64,000 bases of DNA from Leucoraja erinacea (Eukaryota): the NCBI RefSeq assembly GCF_028641065.1, contig NC_073401.1, positions 9,672,001-9,736,000 of the forward strand, given 5' to 3'. Below the pieces are notes generated by a model. That model had not been told where the DNA came from. It saw nothing but the letters and a program-made list of their open reading frames with translations, and did no database searches. Shown here piece after piece: positions 51,561 to 64,000 of this stretch. Position 1 is the stretch's first letter; each line of letters begins with the position of its first letter. The position numbers and the translations under genes were made by a program.

Positions 51561-54500
51561 CTGCAACAAAATATGACAGAATACTGGATTATGATCTACA
51601 ACAAATCATCAGTCAAAGAATATAGCCAATACCGTATCACAGTGCAATAAACAGAATAACATATATCACTGGTTGGGAATTTACTAGCATCGAATTTAAG
51701 TAATTTTAACTTCAAAAATTCAAATCAATATTGCAATTCACAGTACAGTAACTAAAAAAAGACAATTTTTTAATTAAAATAGCCTGAACATAGAATTTTA
51801 AAACTGATGTAAGAGAATGCATTTTGTTTCTTGGAGCACTTTCCTCAGCTTGGAAGAAGGTAGGATCTGTACCATTGGGACTGTTTACACCCCAAACTGT
51901 GCTGTCACCAATGTTTTAGCAAGTCACAGTGCTGGGAAAGTGGAAGAGTATTCAAAATTAGACATTGGATCAATGTTGTAAAGATGCAGTAAATCGAAAA
52001 TTAGAAATAAAGGCAAAGAGAAAGGTATTAATACCTAAATGGGGAAAACATTTGACAGATAGTCAAAGTTACTACAAATCTTCAATTATATTAGCAGATA
52101 AGGCAAGAGGTTACTGAAAAATAAGGACTAAACTGAAGGCTGAGTACCTGAAGGCTTGTAACATTTGAGACAAAGCTGATTTCAAAGAGAAAATAAAATT
52201 CCAAGGAGAGAATCCACCATCTGCGGTGAACTTGAAAAATGTACAGTTCATAGATTCACACCTCATAGGAACAGAAGTAGGCCATTCGGCCCATCAAGTC
52301 TACTCCACCATTCAATCTTTGGTTCAAAATCTTTATAGTATTACATTTAAAGAAAAACTACCTAATTTTATGAATTATGAGTGGCATATCAGAAGATTTA
52401 ACAGAATGAAAAAAAGAGCAATGCAAACTAATTGAAGGAAGGCAAACACTGGTACCAAAGAAATTGCTTGCTTACGAGTCAACAGGTCCTGGTGGATACC
52501 ATTTTAGGGTGTTAAAAATGGTTGGTGGGATATTCGCTTTTAATGTTACAGAATTTCCTGGATTCAGGAAACATTCCATTGGATTGGAAAACGGCAAATG
52601 CAGCCCCTTTATTCAAAACTATAGGGAACAAAGCAGGAAACTATCGGGCAGTAAATTGACATCTGCCACGGGGAAAACATTAGAAGTCATTATTAAAGAT
52701 ATAATGGCAGGGTTGTTGGAAAAATCAAGGTGACCAAACAAAATTAATATGGTTTTTTGAAATGAAAATTATATTTGACCAATTTAGTCTTAGTAACGCA
52801 GGGAACTGCTAAAAGTAAGTGACATATTTCTAGATGGCATGGACCGATTCTTTTTAAAATAGGTAATTCTTCAGCTAAGGTTGTGTGATGGGAGTGTCCA
52901 TGGAGAGATGGTGGTACAGATCTGCTGGCCGAGTGCCAAGATTTATAGATAGACATCTGCACAAAGTCCAAGCTTTTAGTGCTGACTTCAAGCCGAGCTA
53001 AAAGCAGCAGTGTCCACCTTGCTGCCAACAGCTGCAACCACTCTCTGCTATTTCAGCTGGCACTTTCAGGTGGGGCAGTGAAACCACCCACATGCTTCCA
53101 GCCTGCCGCAAGCATGGTGCACCCCACTCAAATGAGTGAAAGAAATAGAGCTGATAGGAGAAAAGCAGTTTTTTTTTTTTTTTTTAATATTTCTCTTGGA
53201 TTTAACCTGATTTTGTGTTATTAGTTCAAGAAGAAAAATTACAAGTATTTCTCCACCGTCATGTGTTGAAATAGTCACAATGCTGCACTCAGCAATAACG
53301 AGCTGGGAAGCAGGAGGCACTCTAAAACAGGTGGCTTACCATGGGGGCAGGAAGCCAGCCAGTAGTTTGGGGACAATAAAAAATCTAACCCTGGAATGCG
53401 AAAATTTACTACTATAGATTATTTTTCCAAGTTCAGATTTACAACTCTAAATTTAAGTCCATTTAATTTCAGTCTTGGGGCATCGCCTATTTTCTTTTTA
53501 TTGGGCTTGAACAATCCAGTTGCCAAACTATTGTTGGACACTGATTTTTTTTAAAAATGCAAACTTTCTGGAGAACCAGATTTTGCCTGCAGAAATATAT
53601 AACTAAATTGTATGCACTTAAATGCAACAATGCAAATAAATATTAGGGATATCTGAAGTGGTTTCAATACCAGTTCTTAAAACTGAGAGCTCAATACGAC
53701 GTACTGTATTTATACAACACCTTTCATGACCTTAAAATAACTAAAGCACTTTGAATGCTTCTAAATCTAGTCACCAGTGTTATGTTGGAAATACAACAGT
53801 CATGATATACAAACTACGTGTGGAACTATGCTAAAAGACTAAATCAGACCTCAGAAGCAAAAAACCAGAGCAACCTGAAATGTTCAAAGATAAACGTTTC
53901 ATAGAAATGGAGATCAAGGAGTGTATCAACATAACCATAATAGATAATTAATATCACATGTCAAACTCAAACAAAATTGACAGATAGTCAAAGTTACTAC
54001 AAATCTTCATTTATATTAGCAGATAAGGCAAGAGGTTACAGAAAAATAAGGACTAAACTGAAGGCTCACTAAGACCAGTTATTCAAACGTTCGAGGAGCA
54101 GAATTAGTGAACTAAAGTAGCTTTATGTGGACATGTAAAATATCAGGACAAGATTTAAGTTAAAATGGATACAGCTATCAATATAAAGCTAAATTTATTT
54201 AACAGGAGATTACTCGAGTCATACTGATTCAATGCAGTTCACCGTTCTCGCATCAGGCTAGCAGTTTATATTCTTGCTTATCTCCTTCGCCTATTTTCGC
54301 CTATTTCCTTCGCTCCATAGATGCTGCTGCACCCGCTGAGTTTCTCCAGCTTTTTTTTGTGTAACCCTATATTCTTGCTTGTCTTGGTTTGCAAATGGGT
54401 GGTGAACAGTATAGTAAAGAAAGATAAAAAAGGCAATGTTTGCACAAGTTGAACAAAAAGCCCCTTATCATTGGCCACATCACAAGGATACTTCAACACA

Positions 54501-55299
54501 ATGTCCCGAAAACGATTGGAAAAGCCTTCACAAGGAAGGTTGTTATCCCTACGATAACTTTATACGTCAATCAAAAAAAAATAGACAATAGATGCAGGAG
54601 CAGGCCATTCAGCCCTTCGAACCAGCATCGCCATTCAATGTGATCATGGCTGACCATCCCCAAACGGTACCCCGTTCCTGCCTTCTCCCCATATCCCCCG
54701 ACTCCGCTATCTTTAAGAAACCTGGGTCAAACTGTGGATGGATGTACTGCGAATTAGAAGTGACATTCTCATTTTTCCATTCATGGATCATAATCATTAA
54801 GGGGTTTATGTTTGCCCCCCCCCCCTCCCCTCCCATTCCCCTGTCACCCAACCAAAAAGCATTAAATTATATTAGATTTATTTAATACATAATTTAGCAA
54901 CAGAGAATAACAATTTTGACAAACTAATTTGAATTTCAATTGGGTATTTTCGAGTAAACTGTTAAATTTTGAGTTTTGCACAAGAAATCAATTTCATTGA
55001 TTAGATAATAGAACAATTAAACCCCCATGATGTCTCTTTCAGATTTTCAATTAAGAGTAATTATGCTTATTTCACATGGTCAAAACAGTGGCATTTAATA
55101 TTGTCAGAGATTAGAATCCTATTTTCTACTTCATTAGACAATTAAATTATTGGTAGGTAGTTAGTAACTTTGAAATTGGAAAAGAGAACAGCTCTTTTTA
55201 GTTCATAAAATGCGAGTAAGGAGAGTGAAATAGTGCTGTATTATTTTATACCAGAATGTACATGTGCTAAAACAAGACCCTTGCAATTCCTGAAGTGAC

Positions 55300-55865
55300 C
55301 AATAGACAATAGACAATAGGTGCAGGAGCAGGCCATTTGGCCCTTCAATGTGATCATGGCTGATCATCCCCAATCAGTACCCCGTTCCTGCCTTCTCCCC
55401 ATATCCCCTGACTCCGCTTTTTTTAAGAGCCCTATCTAGCTCTCTCTTGAAAGCATCCAGAGAACCTGCCTCCACCACTCTCTGAGGCAGAAATTCCACA
55501 GACTCACCACTGTGAGAAAAAGTGTTTCTTCGTCTCCGTTCTAAATGGCTTACTCCTTATTCTTAAACTGTGGCCCCTGGTTCTGGACTCCCCCAACATA
55601 GGGAACATGTTTTCTGCCTCTGGTGTGTCCAAGCCCTTAACAATCTTATATGTTTCAATGAGATCCCCTCTCATCCTTCTAAACTCCAGAGTGTACAAGC
55701 CCAGCTGCTCCATTCTCTCAGCATATTGCCATCCTGGGAATTATCCTTGTAAACCTATGCTGCACTCCCTCAATAGCAAGAATGTCCTTCTTCAAATTAG
55801 GGGACCAAAATTGCACACAATACTTCAGGTGTGGCCTCACTAGGGCTCTGTACAACTGCAGAAGT
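55300..55865 (-). mobile_element. CR1/HER1-like LINE 3' end
   Basis: MEQLGLYTLEFRRMRGDLIETYKIVKGLDT; (tattgtc)n tail. Same subfamily as 2221-2692. Confidence 0.85.
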
Positions 55866-55957
55866 GTTGTACTCCTGCAGGCATTCAGCAGTATACAACT
55901 CCCACAAGTGACTAATTCTTTAAAGGCCCACTCTCCATCTGCCAGAAGGGAGAGTAC

Positions 55958-56214
55958 AGGTCCTGTCCCACGGCGATTTTTTCGGTGACTGTCAGCATCA
56001 TTGACTGACGTATAAGGTCACCGAAAAAGTCGCGCCGTGATGCGGCAGTGACGCGACGTGATGATGTATTGATGCACGGTGTTTCCTCATGTGTCGCAAC
56101 ATTTTTTTTTGACACCGCTGGATTTTGAAATGTTCAAAATCTTTCGGCGACCCTGATACGTCAGTCAATGACGTCGGCAGTCGCCAAAAAAAATCACCAA
56201 GTGAGACAGGCCCT
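55958..56214. mobile_element. MITE with long imperfect TIRs (possibly PIF/Harbinger-like)
   Basis: Ends aggtcctgtccca... / ...tgagacaggccct, with inverted arms cattgactgacgtataaggtcaccgaaaaag / ctttcggcgaccctgatacgtcagtcaatg. The same terminal motif (gggcctgtcccactt) occurs at 585-601 (-), 41019 and 46698. Confidence 0.65.
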
Positions 56215-58246
56215 TAAGAAAGGACCTTAAGTTGGTTAAGAGCTTCTATTACTTGCTAAATAGACCAGAAAGAATATATGGTGCTCTATGGGCCTATTTT
56301 CCAGTCCTCCAGTCCTCCAATGCACAAATTAGAAAAAAATCAAAATCAGCATTCCACAAACCACATAATAGATCTCAGTCCAGATTTTGAACATGGACCC
56401 CTTTTTGGATAAAGGATTAGCAGGGGTTTCCATAAGATCCTCCAAGATTCTGAAATAGCAAAGCATTGGGTTTCATAGTGGTATACCAGTAATTAAGATT
56501 ATTTCAACGATCCAATGCAGGGTGATATATCACAAGATAGTAGCTCTTCTACTACTCCCACATCTAAACATGTTTACAATGAAAAGAAACAGGGGTGTTT
56601 ACACATTTATTTTAGATATTGTACAACATCTCACTTTCAACATTCCAAACTTGACTGCATGTCAAGACAGAACATGGTTAGATCTCAAAAATAATTGAAT
56701 GCGCTGAAGCAGTTTGGACCCATCTAGCCTCATGGAAATGTGAGGAAAAGGGATTTGGGTAGGGTTGAACCGATGATCACATTCAAGTTCACCCAAAAAG
56801 TTGGTTCCAATAGTTGAAAATTCTTGGTGCTTGTACCAGTTTCAATCAAGGCAAATAATGATTCAAAATGTAAAAATAAAAATTTCTCTGCTGGAAACAT
56901 TTATGCCATTTGAATCAGAAAATTTGGAATTTTATTCCCATTCTAGATTTATGAATTCTACCCAAGTAATCACAGCTATGCAGTGCTATTATAAATCCCA
57001 ACAATTGTCTAGTAAAGATCACAGTACATGTGTCTTGATGAATGCTGAAAGATCCTATTGCCCTATTCAGGAAGGCAAGGCATGCTTTCATTCCCTGGCC
57101 AATATTATGACAAAAAAATTTAGAAACTTCATTATTAATTGATTTTCACTGCTGTTTATGCAATATTGCAGATGCTCTATTGTTGCTTTGTTTTTCTACT
57201 CTAGTCACTTCATTTCAAAGAAAGTATGTGAAGCAGAACATTAAATATTGATTTGCATTTTATATTGCTAATACATTATATGATGCTAATTAATATGCAA
57301 CCTTAACCTATAGCACTTGCCTTATAATGACATTGGAATATGCAAATATGCACATCAAAATTATAACAAAATGTTAAAAAGTCTTTTAAATACAAGACAA
57401 AATGTTAGCAAGAAAATAATAGCCCGTCTGAAAAATCAATAACAATTTGAGACTTGAATGTATCAAATTTGATACACTGCTCTCCTTGACTAAAAGCAAG
57501 TATAATGAATGTGGTCATCTTGGTTATAGAAAGCGTATAGAGCAGCATGCATCATATCTGATCCAAGTGCCCATCGTTGCTAACACACAAATTGGAAAAA
57601 TCTCGTTCTTCAGAACTATCAGTTCTTGTTACCAAGCACATTAATTCCATGTACACGTTTCTTAGACACTTGCAAAATTCCATCTTATTCAATGATAGAA
57701 GGGCAACAACATCGCTTCTTATTACTATCCATTCGTGTATATTTTGCTATTGAACGAACAAATGCCAGCCTATCAAACTAAAGGAAAGCCCTGTGTTTAT
57801 TAAAATGTAATTAAACTTTGAAATATAGATAACCCAGGAAGTTGTTCATGGTCTCTAGGAGGAAGGAAGATGTTAAAATGCACTGGATATTAACAATTTC
57901 ACTTGCCAAATCAACAATATATTTGTAGATCTATCTCCTCACTATATCAAAAGAGAAACTGCTGCAAAATACATGTCTCAAAATTAAGTTGTTAACTGCT
58001 GCCATTGATAGGAATTTGTACAAAGCAGCTTCGATGAAGCAAAAATACCCACAAGAGTATAACAGCACGAAATATCCAATGCTTTGCCATTATATATTTA
58101 AAAAATAACTTCTTCATTGGTTAACTCCCCATGTGTGCAGTCGCAATGTGATGCTGCTTTAGGAACATAATAATTGAAGCAAGTAAGTGAAATTGCGCTA
58201 CAAACCTGGCAAGTGTGACAGTTTATAGGCATTACATGCAAGTTAC

Positions 58247-58343
58247 CTGATGTGCAAATGATTTTCTTTTCTTTTGGCTCTCTTTGCCAACCATTCATCA
58301 ATGTTAGGGTTTAGTCGGTCATCTTGCTCAACTGTATTTTCTT
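58247..58343 (-). CDS. ZMAT5: ZMAT5 penultimate coding exon
   Basis: tttcag| acceptor and AG|gtaact donor. Translates EENTVEQDDRLNPNIDEWLAKRAKRKENHLHI(S), compare human EDWLEKRAKR. Its phase-2 end joins the terminal exon in frame. Upstream zinc-finger exons were not found in the window. Confidence 0.88.
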
Positions 58344-61300
58344 CTGAAACAAATTGATTTCAATTAATGTTAATAAGAGAAATAACGCATTATTAGCAAC
58401 TGAACGCAAAGAGCACGAAACATTAGAATAGAATAGAATAGTTTCTTTATTGTCATTGTAACACGAACCATGTACAACAAAATTTAAAAATGTCAGCCAG
58501 TCAGTGCACCATTCAAACATTTCTAAAAGCTAACGATACATACAAGGTAAAATGTTAAAAGATAAACAACTAAACAAATATCACAAAAATAGCACGCTTA
58601 TTCCACTCATAGTATAGATATGTTTTTACAATTGAACGTTACTATGTTTTCAAAGGACAATGGAGAAGGCAGTAACATTTGTGCATGTAGGATTTATTTT
58701 TAATTTATTATATTTTAATTTTGCAAGGACCTGATGAAGATCAGAATTACAAAATGTGTTTCCTTTCTGGTTTTTATGCTGTTTTCCTCCAGATCAATTC
58801 TTAACATTCTTTATTGCCTCACTACTCCTCTTGAAGCTGGTTTGTGGACACTATCACTGCAATATGGACATTTCTAAATCAATCTCAGGAATTCTTAATC
58901 CAAATTAGTTTAGAGTACACTGCACACTTGACACTCCCAATGACTGAATCAGCAAGGCAAAGATTAAATTTGAAAAAAGGAATAAATGTGGTATACTCAA
59001 AAGAAAAACCCTAACATTGATGCATTAAAAAAAGATGGAGTGGCAAGGAAGAGTGTGAAAAAATTCACATTTTCTAGGCTTAAAAAGAAAACTGAAAGGA
59101 ACAGGAACATGAAAGATCAGTTATCCAAATTACTGATCAAAAAAGCAACAAAGCAAATTCAGGACAGAAATAGAGGGAAGATGTAAACTCTACATTTTTT
59201 AGTCATGCAAAGGAATCTACTACGGGCTCAATCAGTTATAAACCTTACAGTATAGTGCTTAAAATGTTGTCAAACCAGATCATTCTTTAGTTTTAACATT
59301 ATTTCCTTCAGGTTGAATCAGGTGTCAATTTTAGTTTGTTTTGTTCTGCTATTACTGTGATTGTCAAGTGCACATTCTGCTACAGATTCTGTGTCTCAAA
59401 TTAGATCTGTTAAGGTAGGAAATAACAATAAAAAGTTGGGTTAAATAATGTTACCTGGGGTATTCAGCACCTGTGTAAATGAGTTAAAGATCATTCACTT
59501 GAACATTTATATGAAAAAAGGGTGCCTATCCTTAGAAAAAATCTACAGGTCTCGTGATTGGCACTTAGGCTCCTAGGCAGGACCACAAAGCAGTCTTTAC
59601 TCAAGGGAACTAAATTAATATCATAAAGGTTTTAACAATGAGCAGTTGTTTAATTTGCAGGCTCCATAATGATGAAGAATATGGGTAAAAGCTCTAAATA
59701 AAGAATAATGTTAAATTGTTATAAGATTGTTCTGCCCAATGAGCGGTGAATATGTAGAATAGACTGCACGGTAAGTTGAGCAAAAACGATAAGATCAGGT
59801 TTTTCTTCAAAAGAATACTAATAACAGATTATCTGGGCATTCAATGTGCTATTGGTGAAACCTCTTATGGACAAATTGACTGTTTTATCCACCTATATGA
59901 TGACACTGAAATAGTCCAAAAACTTCAAATTGTTTAATTTGATAAATGCCTACATAAATATGTTAAAAAAAAAGGTGATCTTTTTCAAATGTTTCAAAAA
60001 GCCATTTAGATCTATCTGTACCACTCTGGTCCAGCACATTTCTATGCTGAAATGAAGTCATAGTTAAGACAAACCATGGATTTACTTGGTGGTGATGGTA
60101 GTGGGAAAGAACCAACAGCTCCATCTGCTGGAGGAGTTGGTTTCTTTTGACTCGTTGCAGTCACAAATGTCAACATGTTACTGGCTAAAAGATTTTCCAG
60201 CCTTCAGTTAGAGGGAGTCCCCATATGGGCTCCTAGCCTGAAGGGCTGAAGTGAAAGGACAGATAACCTTTGATAGAAGTTTCAGTTCTAAAGTTGATAC
60301 AATTTGGTAACATTTCAAGTCTGATGTGAAAAGAGGGCATCAATACATAACGTTTCCTTTATCATTTTCCTTTGTCCGCTATCATTTTCTATTTCTAATT
60401 TGGAATCTGACAAGATTTTGTCTCTCATTGTCTCTAGGAATCGCTAAATTGTTTTGCAACTGTGATCAGCCCCCAATAAAACGATGCACCATCAGCATAA
60501 ACACTACAATTAGGACTGTAGAAGCCTACTAAAATACTTAGAAATTAAAAACAATATTGGTGCAAAACAAAAGCCCAAAATCCGTAGTGCAATCAAGGCA
60601 GTTCATAGTCTAGTTGGTACTTGTCGTGTTCAAGCCCGATGGTTGTTAAGGAAAGTTGTTCCTGAACCTGGAGGTCACAGTTTTCAGACTCCTATACCTT
60701 CTTCCCGATGGCAAGAGTGAAAGAAGACGTTGGCGAGCGTGGTGAGGATCCTTGAAGATGATAGCTGCTTTTTTGTGGCAGTACCTCCTGTAGATCCCTT
60801 CGATGGTGGGGAGGTCAATACGTCCACTGCTTTTTGTAATATCCTACATTCCCGGGTGTTCGAATTGTTGAACCTGATACAACCTGATATGCTCTCTACC
60901 ATACACCTGTACCACCAGTCATAATAAGAACACTTTCTCATATTTAGCTTGATCTTCATTTGTAGATCTTCATTATATTTTATGATGAATTTTTACATTA
61001 GGATGAATTTTGCACAAATGCAGAAGTTTATATTTTAGTCTAAGTTCATATCACAAGCTATAACAATTCTTTCTGGTTTTGAAATTATAAATGGCTTCTG
61101 ATATTGGTATGGACATTTTTTCCCACTGTTGAAGGAGGTAGTGTGCGCCAAAATGTTCCAATTGTTCTATGATGTGTTTCTGCATTCTGTTGCTTAATAC
61201 TTTATTTTATTTTCAATTTTCTGAACAAGATTAGTCTGCAAAACCTAGACCATATTCGTTAAAATCCTTTAAACAAAATTGCCCTTTTACTCATGGATAG

Positions 61301-62159
61301 TTAACTAATAATCAAATTAAGCTACTATTGTTTACTGCTAGAATTGATTCTACTTTTCCAATTATACATGGCCCTTGATAAATGAGCCATTCCCCATCCT
61401 CATGTACAACCTGCTGAATATCATTTCTACCGGCAACCAAATATTGGTTTTATTCTGCAGTAGTTGCATTAATAGTACAGGAATTACTTCTCAAATACAA
61501 ATTAAATCTGGCCCCGAGACAAAATGTTAGGCAAATCTTCACATACACAGTGCGATCAACTGAAATACGTAGGATTTCTCAGGCAAATGTGTCAACTATT
61601 TTTCAGCATCACGTACCATAGAAGGGTTTTCAAGTGTAGATGAAATCAGACCAGTTGGTTCTGAAATGTTCAAGAATTAAATCACAAGCATGCCCTAAAT
61701 GGCAGTGCATCCACAGCTATTCAAAGCCTGTAGCCATTTCTTTGCACACGAGGCCAATGGCAAGACATGACATGCCAGGGCTCTCACTTAACTTTTTTTC
61801 TCTGATGCCAGCCGGGTAACCTAGGCAGCTTTTTAGGTTGCCAAATGACATTTTAGGTGGTAATTTAAGACGGCTTGCATGACGCATGCGATAATGTGCT
61901 CGGACGAAGTGCGTAGTTACCAATCGGAATTATGCTCAATGAAGCATTCACATATTATTCAATTATTCACATACTGCTTCAAATAAAGTCACAAACTAAA
62001 CATATTCACCAATCAAGACATGATATATACCACAATGATTGCAGCAAAATTACAATACAGTATCTCAGCACTTTTCACACGTTGCAATGAATGCAATTTC
62101 TAGTATTTCTTTCCACTTCCAAACAAAAATGTGGTTGGATTATTCAGCGTATGATCAAC

Positions 62160-62260
62160 CTCGGTGAGACCAAGCGCAGGCTTGGCGGTCGCTTCTCACA
62201 ACACCTCCACTCAGTTCGCAATAACCAACCTGATCTCCCGGTGGCTCAGCACTTCAACTC
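62160..62260 (+). mobile_element. Penelope-like GIY-YIG fragment
   Basis: GETKRRLGGRFSQHLHSVRNNQPDLPVAQHFNS. Confidence 0.75.
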
Positions 62261-62827
62261 AGGAGGGATGGAGAAGGGGGAGGTGGGTCGTTCCCTCACG
62301 GTCCCGGGACAGCACTCCCGCCGCTCCAGTCGCCGTGCTACACGGCTCCACCCCTCTCTCTCCCCGGGGAGACGTGGTGAGCAGTACAGGGTGGGCCGGG
62401 CCGGGGGTTGGAGCAATGTTTACAAACCTCGACCTCAGCTCACACCCGTCCGCCCGGACCACGGCATCCGCTCCTACCGCTGGCCCTCTCCCTCCCTTCC
62501 CTTCTTCCCTCCCTCCCTCCTCTCAATCTTTTCCCTTATCTCCTCCCTCCCTCGTTTCTTTCTCTCCATCCCTCCCTCTCTTCTCTCCTTCCTCCATTCT
62601 CTCCTTCCCTCCCACACACACATACTGCACAGACAACTACAATACAACACATACAATACAATACCGTTTATTGTCATTTGAACCTCAAATGAAGCTCAAA
62701 CGAAATTTGGTTTCTGCAGTCATACAACAAAAAAAAGAGAAAAAAAACACACAGATCACGCCCAGACAAGTAACTAACACACACACACTCTTCCTTTCTT
62801 CTTCCTCCCCCCCCCCCCCCCATCAGT

Positions 62828-62912
62828 CTGAAGAAGGGTTTCGGCCCGAAACGTTGCCTATTTCCTTCGCTCCATAGATGCTGCTGCACCCGCTGAGTTT
62901 CTCCAGCTTTTT
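62828..62912 (+). ncRNA. Penelope pLTR fragment with minimal hammerhead ribozyme core
   Basis: ctgaagaagggtttcggcccgaaacgttgcc followed by the common pLTR sequence. Confidence 0.6.
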
Positions 62913-63274
62913 TGAGTAACCCACAAATATACACTGTTTTGTTTTCTCGTTTATAATATTGTTTACAGAGTACTATGTTTACATATTCTGTTGTGCTGCT
63001 GCAAGTAAGGATTTCATTGTTCTAACTGGGACGTGAGAGAATAAAGCACTCTTGACTTACGTCGCCAATGTGTGCGATAGAACTAGTGCACGGGTGATCG
63101 GTGGTCGGCGTGGACTTGGTGGGCCGCAGGGCCTGTTTCCACGCTATATCTTTAAATTAAACTAAAAACACTAAAACCAGAGGGAGTCTAAAGATTGGGT
63201 CTCTACCCGAATAGTCACCTAAGCATGAATAGTCTTCACCCTACCAAAGTTCTCCAACCAGACGCAACTAAATT

Positions 63275-64000
63275 TAAGGTAGACAAAAATGCTGGAGAGG
63301 GTGAGGGCGAGGCAGCATCTATGGAGCGAAGGAAATAGGCAACGTTTCAGATCAAGGCCCTTCTTCAGACTGATGGGGGGGGGGGGGGGAGGAAGAAGAA
63401 AGGAAGAGGCGGAGACAGTGGGCTGTGGGAGAGCAGGGAAGGGGAGGGGAAAGAAGGAGAAAGCAGGGACTACCTGTAATTGGAGAGTCAATGTTCATAC
63501 CATTGGGGTGTAAACTACCCAAGCAAAATATGAGGTGCTGCTCCTCCAATTTACAGTGGGCCTCACTCTGGCCATGGAGGAGGCCCAGGAGAGAAAGGTC
63601 AGATTCGGAATGGGAGAGGGATTTAAAGTGCTGAGCCACCGGGAGATCAGGTTGGTTATTGCGAACCGAGCAGCAGTGTTGGGCGAAGTGACCGCCAAGC
63701 CTACGCTTGGTCTCACCGATGTAGAGCAGCTGACACCTAGAGCAGTGGATACAATAGATGAGGTTGGAGGAGGTGCAGGTGAACCTCTACCGCACCTGGA
63801 AAGACGGCTTGGGTCCTTGGAAGGAGGGAGGTAAAGTGACAAGTGTAGCATTTCCTGCGGTTGCAAGGGAAAGTGCCAGGAGAGGGGGTGATTTGGGTGG
63901 AAGGGACGAATTGACCAGGGTGTTACGGAGGGAGCGGTTTCTGCGGATAGCCAAAAGGGGAGGAGATGGGAAGATGTGGCCAGTGGTGGGATCCCGTTGG
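63275..64000 (-). mobile_element. Penelope-like element 3' region (GIY-YIG endonuclease remnant plus pseudo-LTR)
   Basis: Minus strand: LYIGETKRRLGGHFAQHCCSVRNNQPDLPVAQHFKSLSHSESDLSLLGLLH..KLEEQHLIFCLGSLHPNGMNID. Confidence 0.85.

Noticed and set aside
61775-62160. Possible hAT-like DNA transposon fragment starting cagggctctcacttaac
   Set aside because: Only one putative end, with no TSD or transposase; insufficient support.
62091-62877. 196 and 237 aa ORFs
   Set aside because: Chimeras of a Penelope fragment, a GC-rich repeat and a CT-rich low-complexity tract.

Overview
This is eukaryotic DNA, very probably from a cartilaginous fish (skate or ray), judging by abundant HE1-type V-SINEs and HER1/CR1 LINE tails. 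It has two assembly gaps (345-524 and 17313-17581). Host genes: the last two coding exons of CABP7 (+ strand, 17989-18142 and 21791-21918), followed by a long AT-rich putative 3' UTR, and the last two coding exons of ZMAT5 (- strand, 58247-58343 and 51416-51560). The two genes lie tail-to-tail as in human 22q12. Most of the rest is interspersed repeat: V-SINEs, CR1, Rex1/Babar, RTE, Penelope-like elements with minimal hammerhead motifs, and MITEs. The standout is a ~4.85 kb DIRS1-type tyrosine-recombinase retrotransposon (41440-46290, - strand). Its ITR/ICR termini match perfectly but its ORFs are decayed. It carries a near-intact 5' half of U2 snRNA plus a second degenerate U2 segment between ~70 bp direct repeats, downstream of two duplicated micro-intron-like splice-signal cassettes. 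All calls were made by eye with no database search, and repeat boundaries are approximate.
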